From: Blastocatellia bacterium
Lineage (GTDB): Bacteria; Acidobacteriota; Blastocatellia; Pyrinomonadales; Pyrinomonadaceae
Length of the DNA stretch: 64,000 nt
Direction: 5' to 3'
Assembly: GCA_034665305.1 (NCBI GenBank)
Contig: JAXDFZ010000010.1
Coordinates: 307,567 to 371,566 of the forward strand
In this document: in pieces, positions 15,500 through 25,665 of the stretch
How positions within the stretch are numbered: the stretch's first letter is position 1
How the letters are laid out: every line of letters starts with the position of its first letter
Position numbers and translations under genes: made by a program
Notes under the pieces: generated by a model
Seen by the model: only the letters and a program-made list of their open reading frames with translations
The model's database searches: none
Told to the model about the DNA's origin: nothing

Positions 15500-15988
15500 T
15501 TAGGGAGCACAAGTTCCGGAGGGATGCCCGGCGGTGGCTTCGCAATTATTTGAACAGCAGTTGCCGTTGCCCTGACAGGACTCACCCGGCTGCGCGCAAC
15601 TGGAAACGGCATGGACTGTCGGAGCGACGATAGAGGTAATTAGCGGCACCGCGATTACAGCAGCCAGTCCGATCTTTCGCATGACTGATCTACGGGAAAG
15701 GCGATTCAGATTCGCTGGTCGGTTCCAACGCTCCTGCAGCAAATCAAACTTTTCCAACTGGTCCAACGCGAGCCAGATCATCTCATCAGCGACGGGCGCG
15801 CCAAAATTTGTTTCAAAATGTGAGTGCAACTCCGAGAGCGTAGTGCGGCCGTCACAGTGTTTCCAAACAAATGCCGCAGTCTGATTCAGACAGTGTGCTT
15901 TGTCGCGGTCGAGATCGTAGATAAGAACTTCGTCAGGTAATTCCTGAACCACCAGGCGTTCCTGCCTGGCGGCGGGTAGATTTCTCAT
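15500..15988 (-). CDS. PqqD-family domain (RiPP-recognition-element-like) fused to one transmembrane helix and a C-terminal six-cysteine, knottin-like tail
   Basis: Residues 10-85 (LVVQELPDEVLIYDLDRDKAHCLNQTAAFVWKHCDGRTTLSELHSHF...) are PqqD-like. A hydrophobic helix follows (IGLAAVIAVPLITSIVAPTV), then C-x6-C-x5-CC-x3-C-x10-C (CAQPGESCQGNGNCCSNNCEATAGHPSGTC). Confidence 0.6.
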   Translation of the reverse strand: MRNLPAARQERLVVQELPDEVLIYDLDRDKAHCLNQTAAFVWKHCDGRTTLSELHSHFETNFGAPVADEMIWLALDQLEKFDLLQERWNRPANLNRLSRRSVMRKIGLAAVIAVPLITSIVAPTVHAVSSCAQPGESCQGNGNCCSNNCEATAGHPSGTCAP

Positions 15989-16213
15989 ATCGGGGCGAAC
16001 CTCAGTTCAAAATTGGGAGTAGTGCTTTTAGCCCAAAACCCCCACGCCAGTCAATATCCTTCGCCGGACCCGTCGCCGCCCATTTTTGTTAGCCGACGTT
16101 GAACGCAGAGCCCCATTGACTTAAGCGAGTTCCAAGGAAATTGCCTAGTGGGATTTTTGGAATTAGCGGAAGGATTTCCTGTTATACGGAAAGACTGTGA
16201 TAGGCGTCGCGGA

Positions 16214-17626
16214 TCAAGAGTTCCGGCGATCGAGGTTGTAATCACGTAAGCGGCGATACAGCGTGGAAGGAGAGATGCCGAGGATCTCCGCAGTCTTGCC
16301 GCGGTGCCAGCCAGTTTGTTCCAGAGCCGACAGAATCTGTTGCCGCTCGACTTCTCGCAAGGACGTTGGGGTTCCGCTATCTGAAGTCGATCCACTCATC
16401 GACTGCGATCCGGCTGCGACTGAAAAACTCGTTAACGAAGCAGAACCAACCGAGGGGCGCGCGACTTCGGGTGGTAATTCGTCAAGCGTAATGAGGTTGT
16501 TGTTTGCAAGTAAAACGCCTCGCTCGAGGCAATTACGCAATTGTCGAACGTTGCCGGGCCAGCTGTAGGCGCGCAACGCCGCGCGTGCTTCCGGCGTGAT
16601 TTCGGGAGGTGCCGCACTCAGCTGTTTCAAAGTGTGTTCCGTCAGAGGCTCGATGTCTTCCGGCCGTTCCCGGAGTGGCGGCAGGCTGATCTGAAATCCA
16701 TTGATGCGATAAAGCAAATCAGAACGAAACGAACCATCCGCAATCACAGTATCCAGGTTGCGATTGGTAGCGGCGACAATGCGCACATTAACTTCGACCT
16801 TGCGCACTCCGCCGACACGAAAAAACGTACGGGTCTCAATTGCGCGAAGCAGCTTTGCCTGCAACGGGGCCGGCAGTTCCGTTACTTCGTCAAGGAACAG
16901 CGTCCCGCCATCCGCTAATTCGATCAGACCTAGCTTGCGTCCCTTAGCTCCTGAAAATGCACCTGCTTCATAACCAAACAACTCAGATTCCAGCAGCGAT
17001 TCCTGAAAGGCGGCGCAGTTCAAGTCGATAAAGGAAGCGTCAGCGCGGGTCGACAAACGGTGGATCGCGTGGGCGATCAACTCTTTGCCGGTTCCGGATT
17101 CGCCGGTGATCAAAACCGATGCATCGGAAGGCGCAACTCGCTCGACCAACCGCACGGCTTCGCGCATTGTCTGGGAAACAGAAACGATTTCTGGCAGCGC
17201 CGATTGGCGGGCGAGTTGCTCTCGCAACCTTTGATTGTCCACGCGCAAGCGGCGCTTTTCGGCCGCCTGCCGGACGCGAACGTCGAGTTCATTGATGGTG
17301 TAAGGTTTGGTGAGGTAATCATACGCACCCATCTTCATGGCTTCGACTGCTGTTTCAATCGTGCCATTGCCGGTGAGCATGATTACTTCGGGAGGGTTAG
17401 GCCGTTCGTGCACTCGCCGCAACAGTTCCATCCCATCCATGCGCGGCATGTTGATATCGCAGAGCAGAACGTCGACGTTGCTTTCTTCTAAACGTCGCAA
17501 GGCTGCCTCGCCGTCGGGCGCAACCTGTACGCGATAGCCGAGGCGCTGCAATTCCTTCTGCAACACCATGCGCAGGTTCGTTTCATCTTCGGCTACCAAC
17601 AGGCGTGTCGTCTGGGCTTCGCTCAC
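16214..17626 (-). CDS. Sigma-54-dependent Fis-family response regulator (NtrC-like)
   Basis: REC domain (LLVAEDE...D), an AAA+ sigma-54 interaction domain with GESGTGKE and GAFTGA-like motifs, and a C-terminal Fis helix-turn-helix. Confidence 0.9.
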   Translation of the reverse strand: MSEAQTTRLLVAEDETNLRMVLQKELQRLGYRVQVAPDGEAALRRLEESNVDVLLCDINMPRMDGMELLRRVHERPNPPEVIMLTGNGTIETAVEAMKMGAYDYLTKPYTINELDVRVRQAAEKRRLRVDNQRLREQLARQSALPEIVSVSQTMREAVRLVERVAPSDASVLITGESGTGKELIAHAIHRLSTRADASFIDLNCAAFQESLLESELFGYEAGAFSGAKGRKLGLIELADGGTLFLDEVTELPAPLQAKLLRAIETRTFFRVGGVRKVEVNVRIVAATNRNLDTVIADGSFRSDLLYRINGFQISLPPLRERPEDIEPLTEHTLKQLSAAPPEITPEARAALRAYSWPGNVRQLRNCLERGVLLANNNLITLDELPPEVARPSVGSASLTSFSVAAGSQSMSGSTSDSGTPTSLREVERQQILSALEQTGWHRGKTAEILGISPSTLYRRLRDYNLDRRNS

Positions 17627-19692
17627 GAAATCTGATCTCCGTCCTGACTGGCGGGAAGCGTAATGGTAAACGTCGTGCCGGCGCCTACCTTTGATTCGAC
17701 CTCTAACTTGCCTCCGTGCTCCGTTAAAATACCATAAGAAACCGCAAGCCCCAGCCCGGTGCCGCTGCCTATCTCTTTAGTAGTAAAAAATGGGTCGAAA
17801 ATCTTCGTGAGATTTTCCGGAGGAATTCCAACGCCGGTGTCGGTTACCTCGATTAGTACGTGCGGACCCTCGCGGCGAGTGCGCAATATCAATCGACCGC
17901 CAAGCGGCATCGCGTCTATCGCATTTGTCGCCAGGGCCACCACGGCCTGCTGCAAGTGACCTTCGTCGCCGGACACCGTAACTATGTCGTCTGAAGCCTG
18001 TATGACGATCTCAATCTTGTCGCCGCGTTGTTGATGAGTGACCAGACGTGCGGCCGAATGCGCCACGTCGTTAACGTTTACGCGGGCATGACGACCGGCC
18101 CGCGTGCGACTGAAATCAAGCAGTCCATTCGTAATGGTTTTGCAGCGGAATGCTTCATCGCGAATTAACCCTAAGTATTCGCGCAGGCTGTCCTCTTCAC
18201 CTGACGCATTGAATGCTCCTTCCCGGACGCGCGTCTCCAGCGCCTCAGCGCAGGCAGCAATAGTCGCCAGCGGGTTGTTAATTTCATGCACTATTCCAGC
18301 GGCCAGGCGCCCGACCGCGGCCAGTTTTTCCGCGCGGGCCACAGCGCGATCGGCTTTTACGCGGCTCGTAATTTCTTCACCGACGGTAATGACGTGGGTG
18401 ACTTTCCGGCTGCCTTCGGCGCGCATTGGAATCTTGCTGATCAGCCAGTGCTTCGTTTCGCCAGTCTCGCTTACGGATTCCTGTTCGATGCGTTCGATCT
18501 GGCCGGTTTCAAAGACGCGCGCGAACTCCTGTTCCAGTACATCGCGCTTCTGTCTGGTAAGCACTTCGAACACACTACGGCCCAGAGCCGCGCCACGGGG
18601 AATGCCAAGTTCGCCGAGTTCGCGGTTATGGTTCCAGGCAACGACTCGATATTCACGGTCTACAGCGTAGAGCGAGATCGGTAAGCTATCGATAATTGCT
18701 CCTGTGAAGCGCTGTTGTACTTCTGCTTCTGCAGTGCGGCGATCGACTTCCTGGGCAAGGGTCGCAGCAGACTCGCGGGCCGCGAGGTACAAGGAAGCGA
18801 TGTGCGAAGCCAGCGCCGCTTGTTGCGCCGCAGCATCGCTCAGGCGACATTCGGTCTCGCCGCAGTCATCGATGGAATCGAAAGCGATTATTAGTGCCCC
18901 TTTTGTTTTGCCGCCGAAGCGGATGGGCGAAATGTACTCGACGCCATGAATTTCATCGCGCAAGAGAAAGCGGCTAGCGTCGACGGATCTGGTCGGGGTG
19001 ACTGATGCCGCGTCCGCCAGCCAACCAGCGAACCGCTCAGCGTTAATCATCGACATTCCCTCGGCGCTACCTTCGCGATCGAATACGCATACGGCACTCG
19101 AGCCTTCGCTATCAACGATGGCGGCGCAGAGTGCGGCGCCGGTTGCTTCGTAGGTGCTGCCCGCCACACGTCTGACTACCTGGCCCGGATCTAGCGCGCG
19201 TAGCAAGCCCCGTCCTAAATCGGCCAGGAAACGTAACTCACGATTACTGCCCAGCAACTGCCACTCGCGTTTGGCGGCACTTAAGTGCGAATTGACTCGG
19301 GAGAGCAGCTCAGCGGGAGAGGATGGTTTGATGATGTAGTCGTCGGCCCCGGCAGCGAAAGCTTCAACCTTACTGGTTTCGGTGTTGCTGGCAGAAAAAA
19401 TTACTATCGGCAGTTGCTTCATAGCCGGCTGGGCCCGCACCAGGCGACAAAGCGCAAGGCCATCTACTTCCGGCAACTCAATGTCGAGCAGTACTAGATC
19501 GCATTGCTTCTGGAGAAGCATCCGCAACGCGGCCGGAGCGTCATTCGCAGTCAAAGCACGATGGCCCGCCCGTTCAAAAGTGCGACACAGACTTTTACGC
19601 GTGCCGGCGTCGTTATCGACGATCAGCAGCGTCGCGCCAGTTGAGAGTATTGGGTCGTTAGTTTTAGCCGAAGAAGCTGACATGCTTCGCAA
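17623..19692 (-). CDS. Hybrid sensor histidine kinase with an N-terminal receiver domain
   Basis: N-terminal REC (LLIVDND...D...K), central sensory (PAS/GAF-like) region, HisKA H-box ([10 protein letters not shown]) and HATPase_c (GTGLGLAVS). Its 5' end overlaps the regulator gene by 4 nt. Confidence 0.85.
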   Translation of the reverse strand: MRSMSASSAKTNDPILSTGATLLIVDNDAGTRKSLCRTFERAGHRALTANDAPAALRMLLQKQCDLVLLDIELPEVDGLALCRLVRAQPAMKQLPIVIFSASNTETSKVEAFAAGADDYIIKPSSPAELLSRVNSHLSAAKREWQLLGSNRELRFLADLGRGLLRALDPGQVVRRVAGSTYEATGAALCAAIVDSEGSSAVCVFDREGSAEGMSMINAERFAGWLADAASVTPTRSVDASRFLLRDEIHGVEYISPIRFGGKTKGALIIAFDSIDDCGETECRLSDAAAQQAALASHIASLYLAARESAATLAQEVDRRTAEAEVQQRFTGAIIDSLPISLYAVDREYRVVAWNHNRELGELGIPRGAALGRSVFEVLTRQKRDVLEQEFARVFETGQIERIEQESVSETGETKHWLISKIPMRAEGSRKVTHVITVGEEITSRVKADRAVARAEKLAAVGRLAAGIVHEINNPLATIAACAEALETRVREGAFNASGEEDSLREYLGLIRDEAFRCKTITNGLLDFSRTRAGRHARVNVNDVAHSAARLVTHQQRGDKIEIVIQASDDIVTVSGDEGHLQQAVVALATNAIDAMPLGGRLILRTRREGPHVLIEVTDTGVGIPPENLTKIFDPFFTTKEIGSGTGLGLAVSYGILTEHGGKLEVESKVGAGTTFTITLPASQDGDQIS

Positions 19693-19788
19693 TCTGAGCG
19701 GATTTGAAAGAGGAATTCAGGATGCGCGCTGCGCGCCGGTCGTCCTCTTTCAGATTGAAGCGAAGCAATCGGGGATTGTCAAGACAGA

Positions 19789-22317
19789 TCAGTTGATGGC
19801 TGTGGTGGCGAGATTACCGGTTAAGAGATCGAGGGGATTCTCTGCCGGTGTATTCGCGGCAACGGCTTCGGTAAGTTTGTGTGCCGATTTGGCCGAGTAC
19901 ATGGCCTGATCTGCGGCGATCAGGAGATGGTCCAGAGACTCGCCGTCCTTGCTATACGTCGCGGCGCCTAAACTGATTCCGACCTGCGCCCGTCGCTCGC
20001 CGCGGACGGCCAAGGAAAACTTTGAGACGGCCGCTTCAATGCGGTCGGTTAATTCCGTTACTTCCGGGCCATCGAGATCTTGAAGGATGGCGACAAATTC
20101 GTCACCTGCATAGCGCGCCAGGAAGTCATATTCACGCAGTTGCGCGTGAATGATATTTGCGACTTCGCGGAGCATCTTGTCGCCAATCTTATGACCGAAG
20201 GTATCGTTGACCTGTTTGAAATGGTCCAGATCCAGCATCACTACCTGGAACGGTTGGCCAGTGCGGCGCGCGCGGGAAACCTCCGCATCGAACCGAACCT
20301 GAATACAACGTGCGTTGGGCAGTCCTGTCAGGGGATCCGTCAGCGCATTTGATTCCGCCTGGGCGTGATGCAGTGCATTGGCCAGCGCGTCTGAAGCCAG
20401 TCGCGTCACCGTCTCCAACAGCCGCATGTGATCGTCCGTGTATTCAGCAAGATCAGTGGAGTAAACGGACAGAGCGCCAAGTAGGAGCTCGTCCTTAACC
20501 AGTGGCAAAGCGACCATGGAACGATAGTCGCTATTGGGCTCAAGTTCCACGCCGACAAAATCCAGATTCGGATGAATCTGATTAATTGGACGGCGGTTCG
20601 CGAGGGCAAAGCCGGTGACACCTTCACCGGGAGCGATGCAGCGGGCGCGCAGAGCGGCTGCATTTTTTCCTACTGCATGTGCGGAGGTCGCATAACCCTT
20701 GAGCTCGTCATAGACGTAAACAACACAAGTGTCGAAGGGAACTATGTGCGCAACTTTATCGACGAGGATGGCCAGTGTGTCCTGAATGTCGAGCGATGAA
20801 CCAAAAGTGCTGGCGATTTCGTATAGGGCGTAGACTTCACGATGGGCATTCCGGATCTGATCGTAAGCCATGAAGGATGCAGTGTCTTCGACCCCTCCGC
20901 CATGAGAGCCAGCAAATAGAATCGGATCGAAAGACACATGCGGATCGTGAGCCAGGGCGAGTTGTTCCAAACCGCGCGCAGCGATTTCCGCTTCAAAGCG
21001 CGGCAGATTATCAACGAAGAGTTCAACGATTTTTGGATCAAAGAGCGTGCGCGCACCAGCTCGCAGCAAAGTGACGGCTTCTTCGCGCGACATTCCCCGG
21101 CGAAAGGGTCGGTCCTCACGTACAGAATCGAAGCAATCAACGACTGACATGATCCTCGCGGTGATCGGAATCTGTTCGCCTTTAAGACCGTCCGGATAAC
21201 CTCGTCCGTTCCATTGTTCGTGATGATGGCGCACGATTGGTACTACAGGATAGGGGAAGTCAACCCGACTTAGTATCTGGGCCCCAACCGTGGTGTGCAC
21301 CTTCATTTTTTCGAATTCGGCGGGAGTTAATCCGCCGGGCTTGTTCAGAATGTGATCGGGCACGGCCAACTTTCCGATGTCATGAAGCAAAGCACCGGCT
21401 TTGAGAGCGGCGATCTCCATCTCAGAGAGACCCAGGATCTGGCCCATACCCGCGGCATAGATTTGCACACGGCGGACGTGGCAGTGAGTGGTCTGGTCCT
21501 TCGCATCAATCGCGGTGGCCAAAGCTTCAACGGTCGCCAAATGTAACTGGCTCGCTTCAGAAGCTTCACGCGTCTTAGCGTTTACACGCTCAAAATAAAC
21601 TCGATAGGTGGAGAACGTGACGGCGACAAATGGCGCACCGAGCAGCACGTATTGAATACCGAGGTGAGTAATGGCCGTGTAAATGACGCCGGCGGTAATC
21701 GCCGCCGCAAAGAACGACCATGACGTCCACAGGTAGCTGTCGCGCCAGAATGCCAGAATCGGCCTGCGGTCCCTAAGGGCAAAGATTGTCGCAATGCTAA
21801 GTCCGTTTCCGAAGTAGTAGACCAAAGCCATTAAGGCCATGGGCGCTAGCAATTGGATGGGCCGAAAGGGAACGCTAATGACGTTGCCGCTGAAATGGGC
21901 ATAGGCGCTGACGCTCATATGGAAAGCATTACCGGCAAGCCAGGCCGCGACCGCGATCACTGCCGGGGTGGCAATCCAACTAACCATCCGTCTGGAAGTG
22001 CGGTGCGAACTAACCAATGCATCCGCCGCACCGATCAGAACGGCTGCGGGAACGCCTAGAAACAATATGCTCAGGAAAGTGAAAGTGTCGCCGATCGTGA
22101 CGCTGGCACTGGTGTTAGGAATTGAAATCGGTCGTGAACCCGCCAGGATCGCGCAACCCAGCAGCGCCAGGAATTCAGCCCACTGCAGAGCGTCATACGA
22201 CATACAGCGATAAACCGCCCAAGCGGTAATTAAGGCGCCTGCAGTTACCATCGCGTACAAATAACGTTTGGACGCGTGATTGTAATCAGAGAGGTCTATC
22301 AGTTTCATCCAGCTCAT
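19789..22317 (-). CDS. Membrane-anchored c-di-GMP turnover protein with an HD-GYP phosphodiesterase, a GAF domain and a GGDEF diguanylate cyclase
   Basis: About 7 N-terminal transmembrane helices. HD-GYP signature (HCHVRRV...LLHDIGK...HHEQWNGRGYPDGL), GAF region, and GGDEF motif (RYAGDEFVAIL). Confidence 0.85.
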   Translation of the reverse strand: MSWMKLIDLSDYNHASKRYLYAMVTAGALITAWAVYRCMSYDALQWAEFLALLGCAILAGSRPISIPNTSASVTIGDTFTFLSILFLGVPAAVLIGAADALVSSHRTSRRMVSWIATPAVIAVAAWLAGNAFHMSVSAYAHFSGNVISVPFRPIQLLAPMALMALVYYFGNGLSIATIFALRDRRPILAFWRDSYLWTSWSFFAAAITAGVIYTAITHLGIQYVLLGAPFVAVTFSTYRVYFERVNAKTREASEASQLHLATVEALATAIDAKDQTTHCHVRRVQIYAAGMGQILGLSEMEIAALKAGALLHDIGKLAVPDHILNKPGGLTPAEFEKMKVHTTVGAQILSRVDFPYPVVPIVRHHHEQWNGRGYPDGLKGEQIPITARIMSVVDCFDSVREDRPFRRGMSREEAVTLLRAGARTLFDPKIVELFVDNLPRFEAEIAARGLEQLALAHDPHVSFDPILFAGSHGGGVEDTASFMAYDQIRNAHREVYALYEIASTFGSSLDIQDTLAILVDKVAHIVPFDTCVVYVYDELKGYATSAHAVGKNAAALRARCIAPGEGVTGFALANRRPINQIHPNLDFVGVELEPNSDYRSMVALPLVKDELLLGALSVYSTDLAEYTDDHMRLLETVTRLASDALANALHHAQAESNALTDPLTGLPNARCIQVRFDAEVSRARRTGQPFQVVMLDLDHFKQVNDTFGHKIGDKMLREVANIIHAQLREYDFLARYAGDEFVAILQDLDGPEVTELTDRIEAAVSKFSLAVRGERRAQVGISLGAATYSKDGESLDHLLIAADQAMYSAKSAHKLTEAVAANTPAENPLDLLTGNLATTAIN

Positions 22318-22472
22318 TAACCCGACTTTTATTTATTTAGATTCCCGTCAGCATAATTGCTTATCGCTAACCGCGTTTTCCTCACTCAGCCGTCCCTTTG
22401 CAAGACGAATCCAGCGCCACAAACGATTGCCGGGAGCAAGTCAGCTTTCGTTTGCGGCGCCGGACAGGGCAT

Positions 22473-22507
22473 GAGGCGGGCGCAGGGCACATCAGCCCGC
22501 CTGTTTT
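22473..22507 (+). terminator. Orphan terminator-like hairpin in a 690-bp intergenic region
   Basis: GAGGCGGGC-loop-GCCCGCCTG followed by TTTTGGGGG. No plus-strand gene lies upstream. Confidence 0.3.
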
Positions 22508-23006
22508 GGGGGTGAGATTCGGCAGATGCCTTCTCAAGGCTGTTAGGAGGGAACGCTCCATAGTTGTTTATTTTCAAACGCGGCTAGTGGGCTCAGTGCG
22601 GTGAGCCCGATAGCGCGCTAACGCTTCTAGCCGCGTCCTTCGCTTTACAAGCAATGTGCCGCAACGCAATTCATGTGGATATATCGCTGAATCAGCGGGA
22701 ATGCTGAAGTTTTCTAACCGGCTTCGTTAAAGAGGAGTGGGCGAATCGTTCTTACAATCATTGTGACACGTCAGAATGAAGCGTCGGTCAAAAGGCCTGA
22801 AGGCTTAATCGAAAGTTTCAAAGTACTGTCTGTCATTTTGGAATCTGTGACCGATCCAGTGCCACAATCCGCCTTGTAACAGGGCAAGTAGACAACTGCT
22901 GGGGCTGAGGGAATGACTCACAACTGTGAATCACCCGCTTTATTGACAAGGCGCAACGTCAGAGTGCAACCTCGACTCATTATTTTTCCACGCGATGGTG
23001 CGCTAG

Positions 23007-24377
23007 TTGAGCAAGACAAGACTCAAAGACCTGGAACCTTATAAGCCCGTGGGCTACATGCTATTGCTCCGTAGCAATCGGAGCTTTCGGCAGCTTTGGC
23101 TGGGCCAGGTAGTAAGCCAACTGGGCGATTGGTTCGACACCATAGCCGTTTATACGATTGTGCTGAACCTGACCGGCTCAGGGCGGGCAATAGGGTTAGT
23201 ACTGGTGGCCAGATTTCTGCCGACGTTTTTCATTGGGCCGCTTTCTGGTGTGGTCGCGGATCGATTTAGCCGTCGCTCGATCATGATCATTTCCGACCTG
23301 ATGCGCGCGGCAGTGGTGTTAGGGTTTTTGTTTGTTCGAAGGCCGGATCAGTTGTGGCTGGTCTATGTGCTCACGGTTTTCCAGCTGGCTTTCTCGGCGT
23401 TTTTTGAGCCTGCAAAAACTGCAGCCATCCCTTCGATCGTTTCCGAACAGGAATTACTCCCGGCGAATGCGATTGCGTCTGTCACCTGGTCGGTGATGTT
23501 GACGCTTGGGGCCGCGATCGGTGGGCTGGTTACGGGCTGGTTCGGAACCGACGCCGCCTTTGTTCTTGATTCACTGACTTTCGTTGGATCGGCACTGCTC
23601 GTAGCGAGCGTCCGCTTCCCCAAAAGAGCAGTCCGTGAAAAGAGCAAAATTACTGTCGCCAAGGCACTGGGAATTACCGATACGATAGAAGGTGTGCGTT
23701 ATGTTAAGGATCGGCCGCGGGTGCTGGCGCTGTTGCTAGTTAAGCCGTCATGGGGACTTGGCGGAGGAATATTGACCTTGCTGGCGGTCTTCGGAGAAAA
23801 GATTTTTCCGGTGGGCGGAAATACTGCCACTGGAATCGGTGTGCTGTTCGCTGCACGTGGGATCGGTACAGCAGTTGGGCCCATTGCCGCGCGTCGTCTG
23901 GCGGGCGATGCGCCGCGCCGCATGCAAACTTCGATCGGCATCGCATTTCTTATCGGCGGTATTTTCTATATCGCTTTCGGGAGTGCGCGAAATTATCTTT
24001 TCGCGCTGGCCGTGTTGCTGATAGCACATTGTGGCGGCAGCATCCTCTGGGTTTTTTCCACGGTGCTGCTGCAACAGACCGTTGAGGATCGCTTTCGCGG
24101 TCGCGTGTTCGCGGCAGAAATGGCGTTGTTGACATTAACCATGGCTGCCTCGAACTACTTCACCGGCGAGTTATTGGATCGGTTTCATTTTTCCCCTCGA
24201 ACAGTCACTATCGCCATCGGGATCCTGTTCTTGATCCCCGGAGCGATCTGGCTGCTTACGGAAAAAAGTTGGGGCAGGGAACGACTCAATCCAGCGACCG
24301 AGGGATTGCCGGAGGGTAAAATTCCGGTGCAACCCGCCGCGGAATTAATCCATGAAGTTGAGAAAGGGCTCTCATGA
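23007..24377 (+). CDS. MFS transporter
   Basis: About 12 transmembrane helices and an MFS signature region (GPLSGVVADRFSRR). The true start may be the ATG at 23058 (MLLLRSN...). Confidence 0.8.
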   Translation: MSKTRLKDLEPYKPVGYMLLLRSNRSFRQLWLGQVVSQLGDWFDTIAVYTIVLNLTGSGRAIGLVLVARFLPTFFIGPLSGVVADRFSRRSIMIISDLMRAAVVLGFLFVRRPDQLWLVYVLTVFQLAFSAFFEPAKTAAIPSIVSEQELLPANAIASVTWSVMLTLGAAIGGLVTGWFGTDAAFVLDSLTFVGSALLVASVRFPKRAVREKSKITVAKALGITDTIEGVRYVKDRPRVLALLLVKPSWGLGGGILTLLAVFGEKIFPVGGNTATGIGVLFAARGIGTAVGPIAARRLAGDAPRRMQTSIGIAFLIGGIFYIAFGSARNYLFALAVLLIAHCGGSILWVFSTVLLQQTVEDRFRGRVFAAEMALLTLTMAASNYFTGELLDRFHFSPRTVTIAIGILFLIPGAIWLLTEKSWGRERLNPATEGLPEGKIPVQPAAELIHEVEKGLS

Positions 24378-24937
24378 GGATCAAGGTCGGAATAATGGGT
24401 TCGGCGGATGATGCAATTACCGAAGGTAGTGGGAATACATTACGAAAAACGGCCGAGGAGTTAGGGCGTTCCATCGCTCGTAAGGATGCCCTGCTGATGA
24501 CGGGCGCGACGACGGGTGTGATACGAATCGCCGGGCTCGCAGCGCGTGCGGCCGGAGTTTTTCACATCGGCATATCGCCTGCCAGTAGTATCAACAAACA
24601 TATTGCGGAATATGATTTACCGATTGATGCTTGCGAGGCGATCGTCTACACCGGCTTTGGATTAAAGGGTCGCAACGTGGTGTTGGTGCGCTCCTGCGAT
24701 ATCGTGCTTTTCATAGCCGGGTCGATCGGGTCCTTAAACGAGTTCACCATTGCGTACGACGAAGGAAAAATAATTGGCTGTCTGCTGGGAACGGGTGGCG
24801 TGGCCGATGAAGCCGCCAACCTGGTCAAGGTTCTGGGAAAGCCGACCAAGTCGAAGATATTTTACGATGAAGATCCGGACCGACTTCTGGACAAATGCTT
24901 TGCGGCGCTTGAAACCTCAGGTGTTAAAGCGAAATGA
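24374..24937 (+). CDS. TIGR00725/LOG-like Rossmann-fold nucleotide-binding protein
   Basis: 187 aa with the pattern GSADDAITEG...LLMTGATTGV...AGSIGSLNEF, like the PGGxGTxxE motif of the LOG/SLOG fold. Its start overlaps the MFS stop. Confidence 0.55.
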   Translation: MRIKVGIMGSADDAITEGSGNTLRKTAEELGRSIARKDALLMTGATTGVIRIAGLAARAAGVFHIGISPASSINKHIAEYDLPIDACEAIVYTGFGLKGRNVVLVRSCDIVLFIAGSIGSLNEFTIAYDEGKIIGCLLGTGGVADEAANLVKVLGKPTKSKIFYDEDPDRLLDKCFAALETSGVKAK

Positions 24938-24994
24938 TCGTGGGTCATAACTCCGAACAGGCGCTGGGAAATACATTTCTACGCAGGAGAGACG

Positions 24995-25648
24995 ATGAGT
25001 GCAGTATCAACTCCACAGGTTCTGGCCCAAACCATCAGTCAGGATCTCGCGGCTGACGATTTGGCCGCAGCAGGCTGGGAGAGGGCTGAGCCAGTCTGGA
25101 TTAAGCGTCGCTGGTCTGGAGAACCCGCACCGCCCAACCGGCATGCGGAGGCGCGCATTCTCTGGTCGGATGATGCGCTTCATGTTCGCTTTGTCTGCGA
25201 GCAACACGAGCCGCTGATCGTAAATCCCAATCCGCAAACTGAAAACAAAACCCCTGGCCTCTGGGAACGCGATGTCTGCGAGATTTTTCTTGCCCCGGAT
25301 CCAGTCAGGCCAGAGAATTACTATGAATTCGAAGCCGCTCCGACTGGCGAATGGATCGATCTGGGTATTACCTGGGAAAAGGAAACGCGAGTAACGGATT
25401 GGAAGTTCAAGTCGGAAATGACTGTTGCCAGTCGCGTGGATCCAGACAGCCTCGTTGTAGCTATGCGCATCCCCTGGAGCGTGGACGGAGCGCCAATTCA
25501 CAGACCGCGACGCGGAGAACTTTGGCGCGTGAATCTATTTCGGTGTGTCGGTCTTGGCAATGATCGTTATCTGGCGTGGCAACCCACTTTCAGCAAAGAA
25601 CCAAACTTTCATGTGCCGCAGGCCTTCGGCTGGTTGCGTTTCGAATAG
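24995..25648 (+). CDS. Hypothetical protein, weakly resembling a CBM9/DOMON-like carbohydrate-binding fold
   Basis: 217 aa ORF with good coding bias. WSDDALHVRFVCE...EIFLAPD...NYYEFE resembles carbohydrate-binding module family 9. No signal peptide was recognised. Confidence 0.4.
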   Translation: MSAVSTPQVLAQTISQDLAADDLAAAGWERAEPVWIKRRWSGEPAPPNRHAEARILWSDDALHVRFVCEQHEPLIVNPNPQTENKTPGLWERDVCEIFLAPDPVRPENYYEFEAAPTGEWIDLGITWEKETRVTDWKFKSEMTVASRVDPDSLVVAMRIPWSVDGAPIHRPRRGELWRVNLFRCVGLGNDRYLAWQPTFSKEPNFHVPQAFGWLRFE

Positions 25649-25665
25649 TGCTTCGGCGCGGCGTC

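Noticed and set aside
15989-16213. Possible sigma-54 promoter upstream of the PqqD-like gene
   Set aside because: Only a partial match (TGGCGTG...TTTT lacks the conserved -12 GC). A sigma-70-like TTGACT-N18-TAAAAG is at least as plausible. Not reported as a feature.
18104-18684. Plus-strand ORFs of 188 and 132 aa
   Set aside because: Antisense to the histidine kinase gene.
25007-25501. 164-aa minus ORF
   Set aside because: Antisense to the 24995-25648 gene, and the weaker coding candidate of the two.
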